Source: Myxococcales bacterium
GTDB taxonomy: Bacteria > Myxococcota_C > UBA6777
Direction: 5' to 3'
Length of the DNA: 34,324 nt
Assembly: GCA_027005175.1 (NCBI GenBank)
Contig: JALTMC010000836.1
Coordinates: 1-34,324 of the forward strand
The position numbers were made by a program, and so were the translations under genes. The notes beneath the pieces are model-generated. The model searched no databases, had not been told where the DNA came from, and saw only the letters and a program-made list of their open reading frames with translations. Shown piece after piece: positions 26,316-34,324 of the stretch. The number at the start of each line of letters is the position of its first letter. Position 1 is the stretch's first letter.

Positions 26316-26402
26316 GGCCTTCTCGATCCAGAGAAAGACAATGTTGAGATGACAAATGTACTGCAAGCTTGGTTCGAACCATGGATTGACACAGATTCAG
26401 AA

Positions 26403-26547
26403 TGGGGCTAGAACCCCCATTCTGAGGAAGAAAAACCCGACTGAAGTCGGCTCAATCCTTTCGTTTTCCCTGAAGGGCAAAGTGTTTTGAGTGTCCCGAA
26501 GGGGTAGTTCCGAGATCCTCAGAGTGGGGGTTCAGCCCCACGGATAT
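26403..26547. repeat. Dispersed ~145-bp REP/REPIN-like palindromic element, copy 2
   Basis: TGGGGCTAGAACCCCCATTCTGAGG ... CCTCAGAGTGGGGGTTCAGCCCCACGGATAT; colinear with 8388-8534. Confidence 0.9.
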
Positions 26548-26699
26548 TCAAAGAACAAACAATGGTGTTGTGTGACTTCTCAGACAGCGAGAAAAGCTGT
26601 CAGCGACCCCGACCCCATCCGGACTTCGTCCTGTAGATTCTGCCAGGTTCGCGATCGGGAGGAGGTTCCCATGACCACAACATAAGAGGTTTTTTCCTG

Positions 26700-27578
26700 A
26701 TGATGCAGAAAGAACACCAGTTGTCACAGAAAGATATACCGGTATATTCAAAGGGCATATGGATACTCGGGTGGGCTCTTTTCCTGGGCACAATGCTTCT
26801 CACAACAAGCTGTGAAGAGCCTTTTCGTCAGAATCAAGGATCGAGAGCTTACCATCTACCGTCTGGTTGGAAGCTGCAATCCAATACACAGATGTTGGCT
26901 CGTTCTTATCCACAGATGTATTGGATTACAATGATTTCGAGACTCAAGGGGGAGTCACAACATCTCTTCACAACACCCTATGTTGCTCCTCCTCTCTCGA
27001 CACCGAGCCTGTTTGGTCTTGGCTTTCGTCGCTCTCGGCGCCCAGCGGCACCGGCTTTTCCAGGGCAAAGAACACCACCCCAGCGAAAGACCACCAAAAA
27101 GTCCTATGGGTTCACCTTTTGGTTTCGCTGCAACCATAAGGTCTCCTTGGAGTTGCGTCTGCCTGTGCGAAGTCGATACCGGGAAGGGCTCGTTTATCAC
27201 TATCCCTTTGATCTGTCCAAGACAGGAGCGAAGTGGAAGCCTGTTCGCTTCTTGTACCGCGACTTTAAACTGTTGGGAACGAAGGCTACCACAGCACAGA
27301 TGAACCCATTTTTGATCTCACACATCGAGGTCTGGGAACGCAAAGCCAAGAAGCATCCTTTTTCTGTATCCTTGACCATTAAAGGACCCATCTTGTACCG
27401 CAGTAAAAAAGTGCCCAAGGTGACGTCACATCCGACAACCAGGGCGACGTCACATCCGACAACCAGAGCGACGTCACATCCTACTGTTGCTGCTTCACGC
27501 CCTGCCGCAAAAGCTACAGCGCATCCTACAACACGTCCTGCGAGAGCAGGCCAGCCCGCTCTTCGACCCCGGAAATAG
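26700..27578 (+). CDS. Hypothetical lipoprotein, possibly with a CIA30/CBM11-like beta-sandwich, and a Thr/Pro-rich tail
   Basis: Lipobox TTSC after a hydrophobic stretch; GFTFWFR...WKPVRFLYRDF...MNPFLISHIEV pattern (weak resemblance); ATSHPTTR repeats. Confidence 0.6.
   Translation: MMQKEHQLSQKDIPVYSKGIWILGWALFLGTMLLTTSCEEPFRQNQGSRAYHLPSGWKLQSNTQMLARSYPQMYWITMISRLKGESQHLFTTPYVAPPLSTPSLFGLGFRRSRRPAAPAFPGQRTPPQRKTTKKSYGFTFWFRCNHKVSLELRLPVRSRYREGLVYHYPFDLSKTGAKWKPVRFLYRDFKLLGTKATTAQMNPFLISHIEVWERKAKKHPFSVSLTIKGPILYRSKKVPKVTSHPTTRATSHPTTRATSHPTVAASRPAAKATAHPTTRPARAGQPALRPRK
27422..27481. repeat. Intragenic 24-bp tandem repeat, 2.5 copies
   Basis: GACGTCACATCCGACAACCAGRGC at 27422 and 27446, partial copy at 27470. 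Confidence 0.95.
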
Positions 27579-27662
27579 TCGAAAAAGGTACTGAATTGAT
27601 GTAGGTCGAAGTTGCCGACGAGTATGTGCTCCGCTCTTCGACCCCAGAAATAGTCGAAAAAG
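27556..27662. repeat. 32-bp direct repeat duplicating the gene 3' end, 43-nt spacer
   Basis: CCGCTCTTCGACCCCRGAAATAGTCGAAAAAG at 27556-27587 (contains the TAG) and 27631-27662, 1 mismatch; internal TTCGAC/GTCGAA stem. Confidence 0.95.
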
Positions 27663-27736
27663 ACACTTTGAGATCAACTCTACGATCGACATGAAACGGA
27701 CAACCCAAACCCTACCCAGATGGAGGTTTGTGACGC

Positions 27737-29530
27737 ATGGCTGAACAATCAGCAGAGACTCTCTTTCCCCAGGAAGAGCAAACAACAGAAATAACAGAGC
27801 TGACACAGATCCGCATGACACCGGAAGAGCTGTATCAGCTTCGTACACGTTTGGCGGGAATGCGGGGCTCCCAGAAGCTGCAGACGATTCTCAATGCAGA
27901 CAATCCTCGTCAGTTGGTGAACAGTATGCCGCCCCAAGAGTTTCTGTATACGATCAAAGAGATCGGAATGACGGATAGTGCGGAGCTACTGGAACTCGCA
28001 ACCAAAGAGTTAGTTAGCTACTGTTTGGATCTCGATCTGTGGAAAAAAGATCGGATGCAGCATGAGAAGCTCAACTCATGGCTCAAGTTTCTCGAAGCGG
28101 GTGAAATCCCTGCGGCAGAAAAAGTCCTGACAGCACTAGATTCAGACCTGCTGGTCCTTTATTTTCGTTCCCTTCTCAAGATACATATCCATATCGAAGA
28201 TGAAGTGGAGCCCGTCATTGATACGGTGGGTGATTTGATCATGACACCTGATCGAAACTATATTATTGAGATCCCCTTTCCTCCCGATGATCCACAAACT
28301 CCCATGGTTCAGGCGGCTGTTAAGCTGTTTTTGGAATATGGCTATGAGTTCATTCACCCTCTGTTTGAAGCCATGCGCCATGGTCTGGACAGCGATCTGG
28401 AAGAGCGTGCGTATCAGATTCGGAAAGGACGCGCTGAAGAGCTTGGATTCGTGGACTACTTCGATGCTATCGGTATTTATCAGCCGCTCCGTCCCAAGAC
28501 CGCTCCTCTACCTCCGACCGAGCCACAGGAGCTGTCTCCACTACTTCCCATTCTTGTTCCCCCGCGAGGAACAGGCTTGTTTCACCAAGCGATGCAACAA
28601 ATCGTGGACCCACAAACTCGGGAACGTGTGTTGGCTGAATTGCTCTTCCTCAACAACAAAGTATTGTCTGCTGATCAGATCGATTTGAGCCAGCGCAAGG
28701 CTGCGGAGCGTAGCTTACGCACGGTCTTACGTACTCTTGACCTCGGTCTGGAGACCCTTGCAGGTGATGATCCAAAGGCTGCTTCCGAGATCCTGGCAAA
28801 GCATCATGTCGAATGGGCCTTTCGCAACGGTTTCTCTGCTCTGGCTCGCTTACGTCGTAAGGCCAACGCGCTTGTTCGAGACGAACGACTGACTCTCTTA
28901 AAAGAAGCTCCCCTCTCTCTCTTGGGTTCGCCTTATGTTGAGCTGGTACAAGAGCTACGTCAGATGAAGCCTCGCTATGTCTCTGCATTGGATGATCCAC
29001 CAGGACGTGGAATGCGCCCCTTTCGTCGCTTACAAGATATACAACGTGCAGAGGCTGCCCTTGCAACAGCTAGTATGTTGTCTGATCTCTTCTTTCGAGA
29101 CTTTAACTTCTCCCACGAGCAGCTCGTTCAATGGGCACTGTCAGATGCCTTGATCTCCCCAACTCATCTGGAGGATCTTCATCACTCACACCTCTTCCTC
29201 ACAGCTCTGGCTCACTTTGTACTGTCTGAAGAGTTTGTTCTGAGACCGATCACTGCTCAAGAGATTCAGAAGTTTCTAGGATTGATCTTTGAACCCCAAG
29301 AGGAGCTTCCTCATCGCCTCGCTCCAGGCTTCCAAACCAAGGTCGAAGAGCTTTTGTTGCAACGGCCTGGCACATTGGCATCCGAAACACAACATCTTCA
29401 GGTGTTTTTACGCAATGTTTGGGAGACCTTGGTGGAGGAAGCTTCCTATCTTCCTCTAGACCAGACCCCCGAACCGCGTTTCCTCAATTTGTTTTTGGTG
29501 GTACGTCCAGACTCATCTGTCACACCTTGA
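27737..29530 (+). CDS. Conserved hypothetical protein, DUF6178-like
   Basis: ILNADNPRQLVNSMPPQEFLYTIKEIG..D..ELL.LA......CLDLDLW N-terminal pattern, recalled from DUF6178 proteins; GGAGG SD. Confidence 0.7.
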   Translation: MAEQSAETLFPQEEQTTEITELTQIRMTPEELYQLRTRLAGMRGSQKLQTILNADNPRQLVNSMPPQEFLYTIKEIGMTDSAELLELATKELVSYCLDLDLWKKDRMQHEKLNSWLKFLEAGEIPAAEKVLTALDSDLLVLYFRSLLKIHIHIEDEVEPVIDTVGDLIMTPDRNYIIEIPFPPDDPQTPMVQAAVKLFLEYGYEFIHPLFEAMRHGLDSDLEERAYQIRKGRAEELGFVDYFDAIGIYQPLRPKTAPLPPTEPQELSPLLPILVPPRGTGLFHQAMQQIVDPQTRERVLAELLFLNNKVLSADQIDLSQRKAAERSLRTVLRTLDLGLETLAGDDPKAASEILAKHHVEWAFRNGFSALARLRRKANALVRDERLTLLKEAPLSLLGSPYVELVQELRQMKPRYVSALDDPPGRGMRPFRRLQDIQRAEAALATASMLSDLFFRDFNFSHEQLVQWALSDALISPTHLEDLHHSHLFLTALAHFVLSEEFVLRPITAQEIQKFLGLIFEPQEELPHRLAPGFQTKVEELLLQRPGTLASETQHLQVFLRNVWETLVEEASYLPLDQTPEPRFLNLFLVVRPDSSVTP

Positions 29531-29628
29531 CAGACGATGGATCTACCCTCAAAACAAGGAACGGCTCATGGTGTCATGAGTCTTCATCATCGTAACATTT
29601 GTCCACACCAGACAGAGGTAAAGAAAAA

Positions 29629-30150
29629 ATGAATGATCGCAACAGTGTTAACAAAGTCATTCTGGTGGGTAACTTGGGAAACAAGCCAGAACAACGAGAC
29701 TTTAATGGTCGTACCGTCGCAAACTTCAGTGTTGCCACAAACGAAGGCTGGACTGATAGCAATGGCCAACGCCAGGAGCGAACCCAATGGCATCGTGTTG
29801 CAGCGTGGGGAAAACTGGGTGAAATTTGTGCCCGCCACCTCGACAAAGGACGCAAAGTCTATATCGAGGGTCGCCTCAGCTACCGCAACACCGAGCGTGA
29901 TGGTCAAACCATCCGATACACCGATATTATCGCCTCTACGGTTCACTTCCTCGACAGCCGAGGAAGCAGCAACGACTACAGCAACGACTATGGTAGGAGT
30001 AGCAACAATGATTCGGGTTATGCTTCCAATAACCCACCCTATCAAAATCAATCTCGCTCCAACTACAATAGCGGTGGTGGAAGCGGTAGCAGCTCCAACT
30101 ACAATTCACCGATGCCTTCTCCCCCCGATGACGAAGATATCCCTTTTTAG
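29629..30150 (+). CDS. ssb: Single-stranded DNA-binding protein
   Basis: SVNKVILVGNLG, FSVATNE, T.WHRV, KG..VYIEGRL, low-complexity linker, C-terminal DDEDIPF. ATG 29629 preferred over TTG 29599. Confidence 0.97.
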   Translation: MNDRNSVNKVILVGNLGNKPEQRDFNGRTVANFSVATNEGWTDSNGQRQERTQWHRVAAWGKLGEICARHLDKGRKVYIEGRLSYRNTERDGQTIRYTDIIASTVHFLDSRGSSNDYSNDYGRSSNNDSGYASNNPPYQNQSRSNYNSGGGSGSSSNYNSPMPSPPDDEDIPF

Positions 30151-30238
30151 GTGCGGTCCACTTCTAGAAGTTCAATAAAATCAAAATCTTTGTGTGATTG
30201 ATGGATTTTTAGAGGCAGGGCTATTGCTCTATCTACTT

Positions 30239-30331
30239 GATGTTTGAGTGGGTGCGACAAGGGGGGAGGGTTTACTTATCAACGTCATTGACTGGATTGC
30301 CCTGTCAACTCGATGTTTGAGTGGGTGCGAC
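30239..30331. repeat. 20-bp direct repeat pair (period 73) between convergent ssb and truA
   Basis: GATGTTTGAGTGGGTGCGAC at 30239-30258 and 30312-30331, each preceded by ACTY. Confidence 0.9.
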
Positions 30332-30352
30332 TCTCACTGTCTTGGTGGTTGG

Positions 30353-31135
30353 TTAGGTGGTTGTTTGTTCGCTTTTCGGTGGTAGATTGTAGTTGACACC
30401 GACGAGGTAGAGCCCAGTGGCGGGGGCAGTGGGTGCACCGAGGCTGCGGTCTTTGCTGGCGAGCAATTCAGCGATCCATTCGGGTGGTTTGGTTCCTTTC
30501 CCCACTTCGAGAAGAGAGCCCGCGAGGTTGCGAACCATATAGCGGAGAAAGGCAGAACCTTCAAATTCCAAAAACACCTCAGAGGCTTGTCGTGAGATGG
30601 ATATCTCATAGATATCTCGGAAGGGGTGGGTTGCGGAACATCCTGCGGCGCGAAAGGCCGAGAAGTCGTGCCGTCCAAGGAGAGCACGAGAGCCCTCGTA
30701 CATCGCTCTCAGATCGAGAGGGCTGTGAATATGCCAGGCTCTCTTTCGTTGCAAGGCAGAGGGTAGAGGGCTATTCCAAACCTTATAACGATATCGTTTG
30801 CCCCGTGCCCAATGACGAGCACAAAAATCATCGGGGACTTCGCGGGCGTCCAACGCAACGATATCGAGGGGAAGTTGCGAATTCAAGCCCAGAACCAAAC
30901 CCCGCAATGGGATTGTATGGGTTGTTTTGAAGCTGACACCCATACCGAGAGCATGAACCCCTGCGTCGGTTCGACCGCTCCCTGTAATGCGGAGTTCTGG
31001 GTCCTGTAAGAACTGTCGCAATGTGTCGCGGAGATCTTGTTGGACAGAACGCTGTTCTTTTTGGATCTGCCAACCCACAAAGTTTGTTCCATCAAACTCT
31101 ATCGTTAACAGTATGTTCCGTGACAACCCACTCAT
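30353..31135 (-). CDS. truA: tRNA pseudouridine(38-40) synthase TruA
   Basis: EFDGTNFVGWQIQ, SGRTDAGVHA, GRHDFSAFRAAGC, AFLRYMVRN, TAPATGLYL. Confidence 0.97.
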   Translation of the reverse strand: MSGLSRNILLTIEFDGTNFVGWQIQKEQRSVQQDLRDTLRQFLQDPELRITGSGRTDAGVHALGMGVSFKTTHTIPLRGLVLGLNSQLPLDIVALDAREVPDDFCARHWARGKRYRYKVWNSPLPSALQRKRAWHIHSPLDLRAMYEGSRALLGRHDFSAFRAAGCSATHPFRDIYEISISRQASEVFLEFEGSAFLRYMVRNLAGSLLEVGKGTKPPEWIAELLASKDRSLGAPTAPATGLYLVGVNYNLPPKSEQTTT

Positions 31136-31166
31136 ATCTTCTTCCTGACTCCCGATAGTTTAAATG

Positions 31167-31190
31167 CAAAAGCCTCATAAGAATGAGGCT
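31167..31190 (-). terminator. Putative intrinsic terminator after trxA
   Basis: Minus strand AGCCTCAT-TCTT-ATGAGGCT followed by a short T run, about 30 nt after the trxA stop. Confidence 0.55.
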
Positions 31191-31222
31191 GCAAGTGACA
31201 CCCAAGATCACATCTGAACACC

Positions 31223-31552
31223 TTAGATGGTGTCCTGAATCATCTTGGCAAACAACTGCTTGGGTCCAGCACCGACCTGACGTTTGACTTCCTCACCACC
31301 CTTGAACATCACAAGAGTAGGGATGCCACGAACACCGAGCTGGGCAGGGACCTTTGTATTTTCATCAACATCCATTTTGACGATCTTTACTTTACCGTCA
31401 AACTCTTCAGCCAGCTCCGCCAAGAGAGGGCCAATCGCCTTGCAAGGTCCACACCACTCGGCCCACAGGTCGAGAAGTACGGGAATATCCGAATCTAGAA
31501 CGTCAGCCTGAAAACTAGCGTCTGTCACGTGGGAAACCTTATCCGAAGCCAT
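31223..31552 (-). CDS. trxA: Thioredoxin
   Basis: [16 protein letters not shown], 109 aa, AAGGAG SD. Confidence 0.97.
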   Translation of the reverse strand: MASDKVSHVTDASFQADVLDSDIPVLLDLWAEWCGPCKAIGPLLAELAEEFDGKVKIVKMDVDENTKVPAQLGVRGIPTLVMFKGGEEVKRQVGAGPKQLFAKMIQDTI

Positions 31553-31671
31553 GCTTTTCTCCTTTCAATGGTAGTACGATCGCAAGTAGAACTTGTAGGA
31601 AGAATCTATGATTCCTCTGTGATTGTTTCATTGCCACAAAAAGCTCCACATGAAAAGTAGTCAGTTCTTTG

Positions 31672-31970
31672 TCTTTGGCAAGTTAAGAAAACCAATTCCC
31701 TTGATTCACTGTGTCATGCCTGCTTTTTTCTTTGGCAAGTTAAGAAAACCAGTCCCCTCAATTCATTGCGTAATGTCCGCTTTTCGTCTTTGGCAAGTGA
31801 AGAAGACCAATCCCCTCGATTCATTGCGTAATCTTTCGATTGCGACGACACCACAATGAATTGCGTAATCTTTCGATTGCGACGACACCACGATTGATGG
31901 TGTCATCTTTCGATCACAATGACACCATGATTAATTGCGTAATCTTTTGATTGCAATGACGCCGCGAATA
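31672..31970. repeat. Compound degenerate tandem array (3x 57-58 bp; 4x 37 bp) anchored on the rel 3' end
   Basis: TCTTTGGCAAGTKAAGAARACCA at 31672, 31729 and 31787; 37-bp units at 31823, 31860, 31897 and 31934. The last unit is the coding end of rel. Confidence 0.92.
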
Positions 31971-34141
31971 TCGGAAATCTGTCGAATGAGTTGTTGAAGT
32001 TGTTGTACATTGGAAATATGACAGCGAAAGAGATTGCTCGATTCATCACCAACGGAGCGATAGTTGGCTCGTGATATCTGAATATTGAGATTGTCGAAGA
32101 CTTGAGAGATCTGAGAGAGCAGTGTTGGGCGATTTTCGGTGATGATACGGAGGTTCACGCTATGCAAATTGACATCATCTTCCGTCCATCGTACATCGAT
32201 CTGACGCTGTATTTCGGCTTTGCGTAAGCGGGAGCAATCCTTTCGATGAACAATAACACCCCGTCCACGAGAGATAAATCCCACAATAGGATCACCGGGA
32301 ATGGGATGACAGCAGCGAGCCATCCGTATCATAATGTCATCAAGCCCTTCCACCAACACCCCGCCGCTGGAGGGTCTGATGGAAGAACGTCGCGATTTTT
32401 TTGGGGTGGGGGAGGGGGATGATTTTTGCTCACGAGGAAAGAGAATCCGCACTACATTCTCTGCGCTCACCTTGCCATAGCCGATTTGTGCCAGAAGCTC
32501 CTCTACGGTTGTCAGGCCCAGCCTCTCACTTACTTTATCCAGGTCGCCATTCTTGCGTAGCCGCGATACATTCCGCTGTCCTGCTGGCAACGTACGTTCA
32601 AGACGTTCCCGACCATCTTGGATCGCCTGCTCACGCTGCTCGGTACGCAGAAACGCTCTGATCTTGTTCTTAGCTCGAGCACTCTGGGCTAGATCCAGCC
32701 AACCTGAATTGGGACAAGCTGAAGGTGATGTTAAGATCTCACAGATATCGCCATTGTGTAATTCATAACGCAGAGAAACCATCTTGTTATTGACTTTGGC
32801 ACCTGTGCATTGGAGTCCCACTTCTGTATGGATCGCAAAGGCAAAATCGAGAGGAGTTGAGCCACGGCGAAGCTCACGGATATCGCCTCTCGGTGTAAAG
32901 ACAAACACCTTCGATTCAAACAGGTGATCTCGAACGTTCGCGACGAAGGCATCTTCGTCAGCTTTTTCATCTTGCAGTTGCAGCAAACTGCGCAACCACT
33001 GCACATTACCGGCTGCTTGGGCACCAGAGCTACCACCACTCTCTTTGTAAAGCCAGTGTGCTGCGATACCATCTTCAGCGATAAGGTGCATCTCCTGCGT
33101 TCGAATCTGTACCTCCATTCGCTTTTTATGTGGACCCACCACCGTAGTGTGCAGTGATTGATACATATTTGACTTGGGTAGCGCGATATAGTCCTTAAAC
33201 CGACCGGGAATCGGCTTCCAGGTGTCGTGAATAAGACCCAGGATCTGATAGCATTGTCCCTTGGTTTGGCAAATGATTCGAAATGCAATGATATCATAGA
33301 GTTCTTCATAGGATATCCGCCTGTGAATCATCTTGCGAAAGATGCTGTTGAGGTGCTTGGGGCGCCCCATCACTTGCCCTGGGATATCATGCTCTGTCAA
33401 TAGGTCGCGCAACAAGACCTGGACCTCTTCGATATACTCCTTACGTTGAATCTGGGTTGCATTGACAAGAGAGACCAATCCATAAAAGTCGTGAGGAAAC
33501 AGGTAGCGAAAGGTGGCGTCTTCCAGCTCATGCTTTACCCACGAAATACCGAGACGGTTGGCCAATGGAACATAAATCTCCCGACACTCCCGGGCGATCT
33601 GTAAATGTTGTGATACTGGTATATAGGCAAGCACGCGCATCTGGTGCAATCGCACGACAAGCAGTACAAGAACGACTCGAAGATCCTGAGACATCGCCAG
33701 CAGCATACGTCGAAATATCTCTGCTTGGGCTTTGATAATCTGACTCCGACGTCGAGGGCGTTGTTCTTTCTGTGCACTGTCCTCATTGATTTCAAACTCT
33801 GGAAGCGAGGTGATTTGTTTGCACAATGTGGCTACCTCTTCTCCAGCTTTTTCGGTCACCTCTTCCAGTAAAAGCAACTCCTGCTTGACGGGCTCCACCA
33901 ACAGTCCAGCCACCACGGCATCGATATCAACGTGCATACGCAACAATAGCCGAAATAAGTCGAGGCCATGCTCGAAACGTTGTTCTGCATTGGCCATGGG
34001 TTGTTGCTGCTCTTGCAAACAACTCCAGCGCAAAGCCCAGGCTTTCTTCAACTGGTATCGCTGCTTTGTTGTCAGGCCCGAGATCGGCTTCAACAAAGTA
34101 TCCCACTGTTTTGATGTCAGTTGTCCAACTTGGTTTGGCAC
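31931..34141 (-). CDS. relA: Long RSH (p)ppGpp synthetase (RelA/SpoT family), hydrolase motif degenerate
   Basis: GRPKH, YDIIAFR, RFKDYI..PK.N.YQSLHT, EVQIRT, AAHW.YK; TGS, ZFD (ARCCHPIPGD) and ACT domains. LLVEPV replaces LLHDVVED. GTG start with AAGGAAGG SD. Confidence 0.93.
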   Translation of the reverse strand: MPNQVGQLTSKQWDTLLKPISGLTTKQRYQLKKAWALRWSCLQEQQQPMANAEQRFEHGLDLFRLLLRMHVDIDAVVAGLLVEPVKQELLLLEEVTEKAGEEVATLCKQITSLPEFEINEDSAQKEQRPRRRSQIIKAQAEIFRRMLLAMSQDLRVVLVLLVVRLHQMRVLAYIPVSQHLQIARECREIYVPLANRLGISWVKHELEDATFRYLFPHDFYGLVSLVNATQIQRKEYIEEVQVLLRDLLTEHDIPGQVMGRPKHLNSIFRKMIHRRISYEELYDIIAFRIICQTKGQCYQILGLIHDTWKPIPGRFKDYIALPKSNMYQSLHTTVVGPHKKRMEVQIRTQEMHLIAEDGIAAHWLYKESGGSSGAQAAGNVQWLRSLLQLQDEKADEDAFVANVRDHLFESKVFVFTPRGDIRELRRGSTPLDFAFAIHTEVGLQCTGAKVNNKMVSLRYELHNGDICEILTSPSACPNSGWLDLAQSARAKNKIRAFLRTEQREQAIQDGRERLERTLPAGQRNVSRLRKNGDLDKVSERLGLTTVEELLAQIGYGKVSAENVVRILFPREQKSSPSPTPKKSRRSSIRPSSGGVLVEGLDDIMIRMARCCHPIPGDPIVGFISRGRGVIVHRKDCSRLRKAEIQRQIDVRWTEDDVNLHSVNLRIITENRPTLLSQISQVFDNLNIQISRANYRSVGDESSNLFRCHISNVQQLQQLIRQISDIRGVIAIKRLRN

Positions 34142-34324
34142 AAACTTCCTTCCTTAAATGAAAACGACTACGATGACCGCACAATCGGCGCATTTTAGCA
34201 TGTTTGGACCCCAAATGAAAGATGGGAGCACAACCACGACAGACTTGATTTGTAGTGGGATGGAGCAAGGAAGTAAAGCAAAACGTTGGAATGTTGGTCA
34301 TAAGAAAGCGAAACCTCTACGAAC

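Noticed and set aside
29587-30178. Antisense 154-aa and alternate-frame 181-aa ORFs over ssb
   Set aside because: Shadows of ssb; their low-complexity content mirrors the ssb linker.
31672-31970. CRISPR array
   Set aside because: Units are contiguous degenerate tandem copies without unique spacers, and one is rel coding sequence.
33927-34301. 124-aa minus-strand ORF upstream of and overlapping rel
   Set aside because: Overlaps rel in another frame with no recognisable features; likely non-coding upstream region.

Overview
Bacterial chromosomal window, probably from a Myxococcota/deltaproteobacterial lineage (inferred from three Hanks-type Ser/Thr kinases, Cys-rich lipoproteins and a DUF6178-like gene). 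The main feature is a minus-strand respiratory cluster (12753->4163). It encodes a degenerate COX1 paralogue, a small membrane subunit, a CuA subunit II, and a heme-copper subunit I with Gln in place of the active-site Tyr (GHQSQQ, the eNOR-type nitric oxide reductase signature). It also encodes a membrane-anchored SCO, a cytochrome b-2x[4Fe-4S]-MvhD fusion and heme O synthase. A divergent Fe-S Rrf2 regulator has candidate operators overlapping the cluster's sigma70 promoter. Also present: a partial Cys-rich lipoprotein missing from the ORF track; an Rpn/PD-(D/E)XK nuclease with a strong in-frame internal ribosome-binding site; a secreted HEAT-repeat protein; a convergent pair of paralogous receptor kinases sharing an unrecognised 6-Cys domain; a kinase with two degenerate cNMP domains; mutY, ssb, truA, trxA; and a Rel enzyme lacking its HD motif. 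The intergenic DNA has two dispersed REP/MITE-like families and a recurring pattern of short duplications anchored on gene stop codons (cyoE, a lipoprotein gene, rel). No rRNA, tRNA, cas genes or true CRISPR array were recognised. All calls come from manual motif reading; no searches were run.
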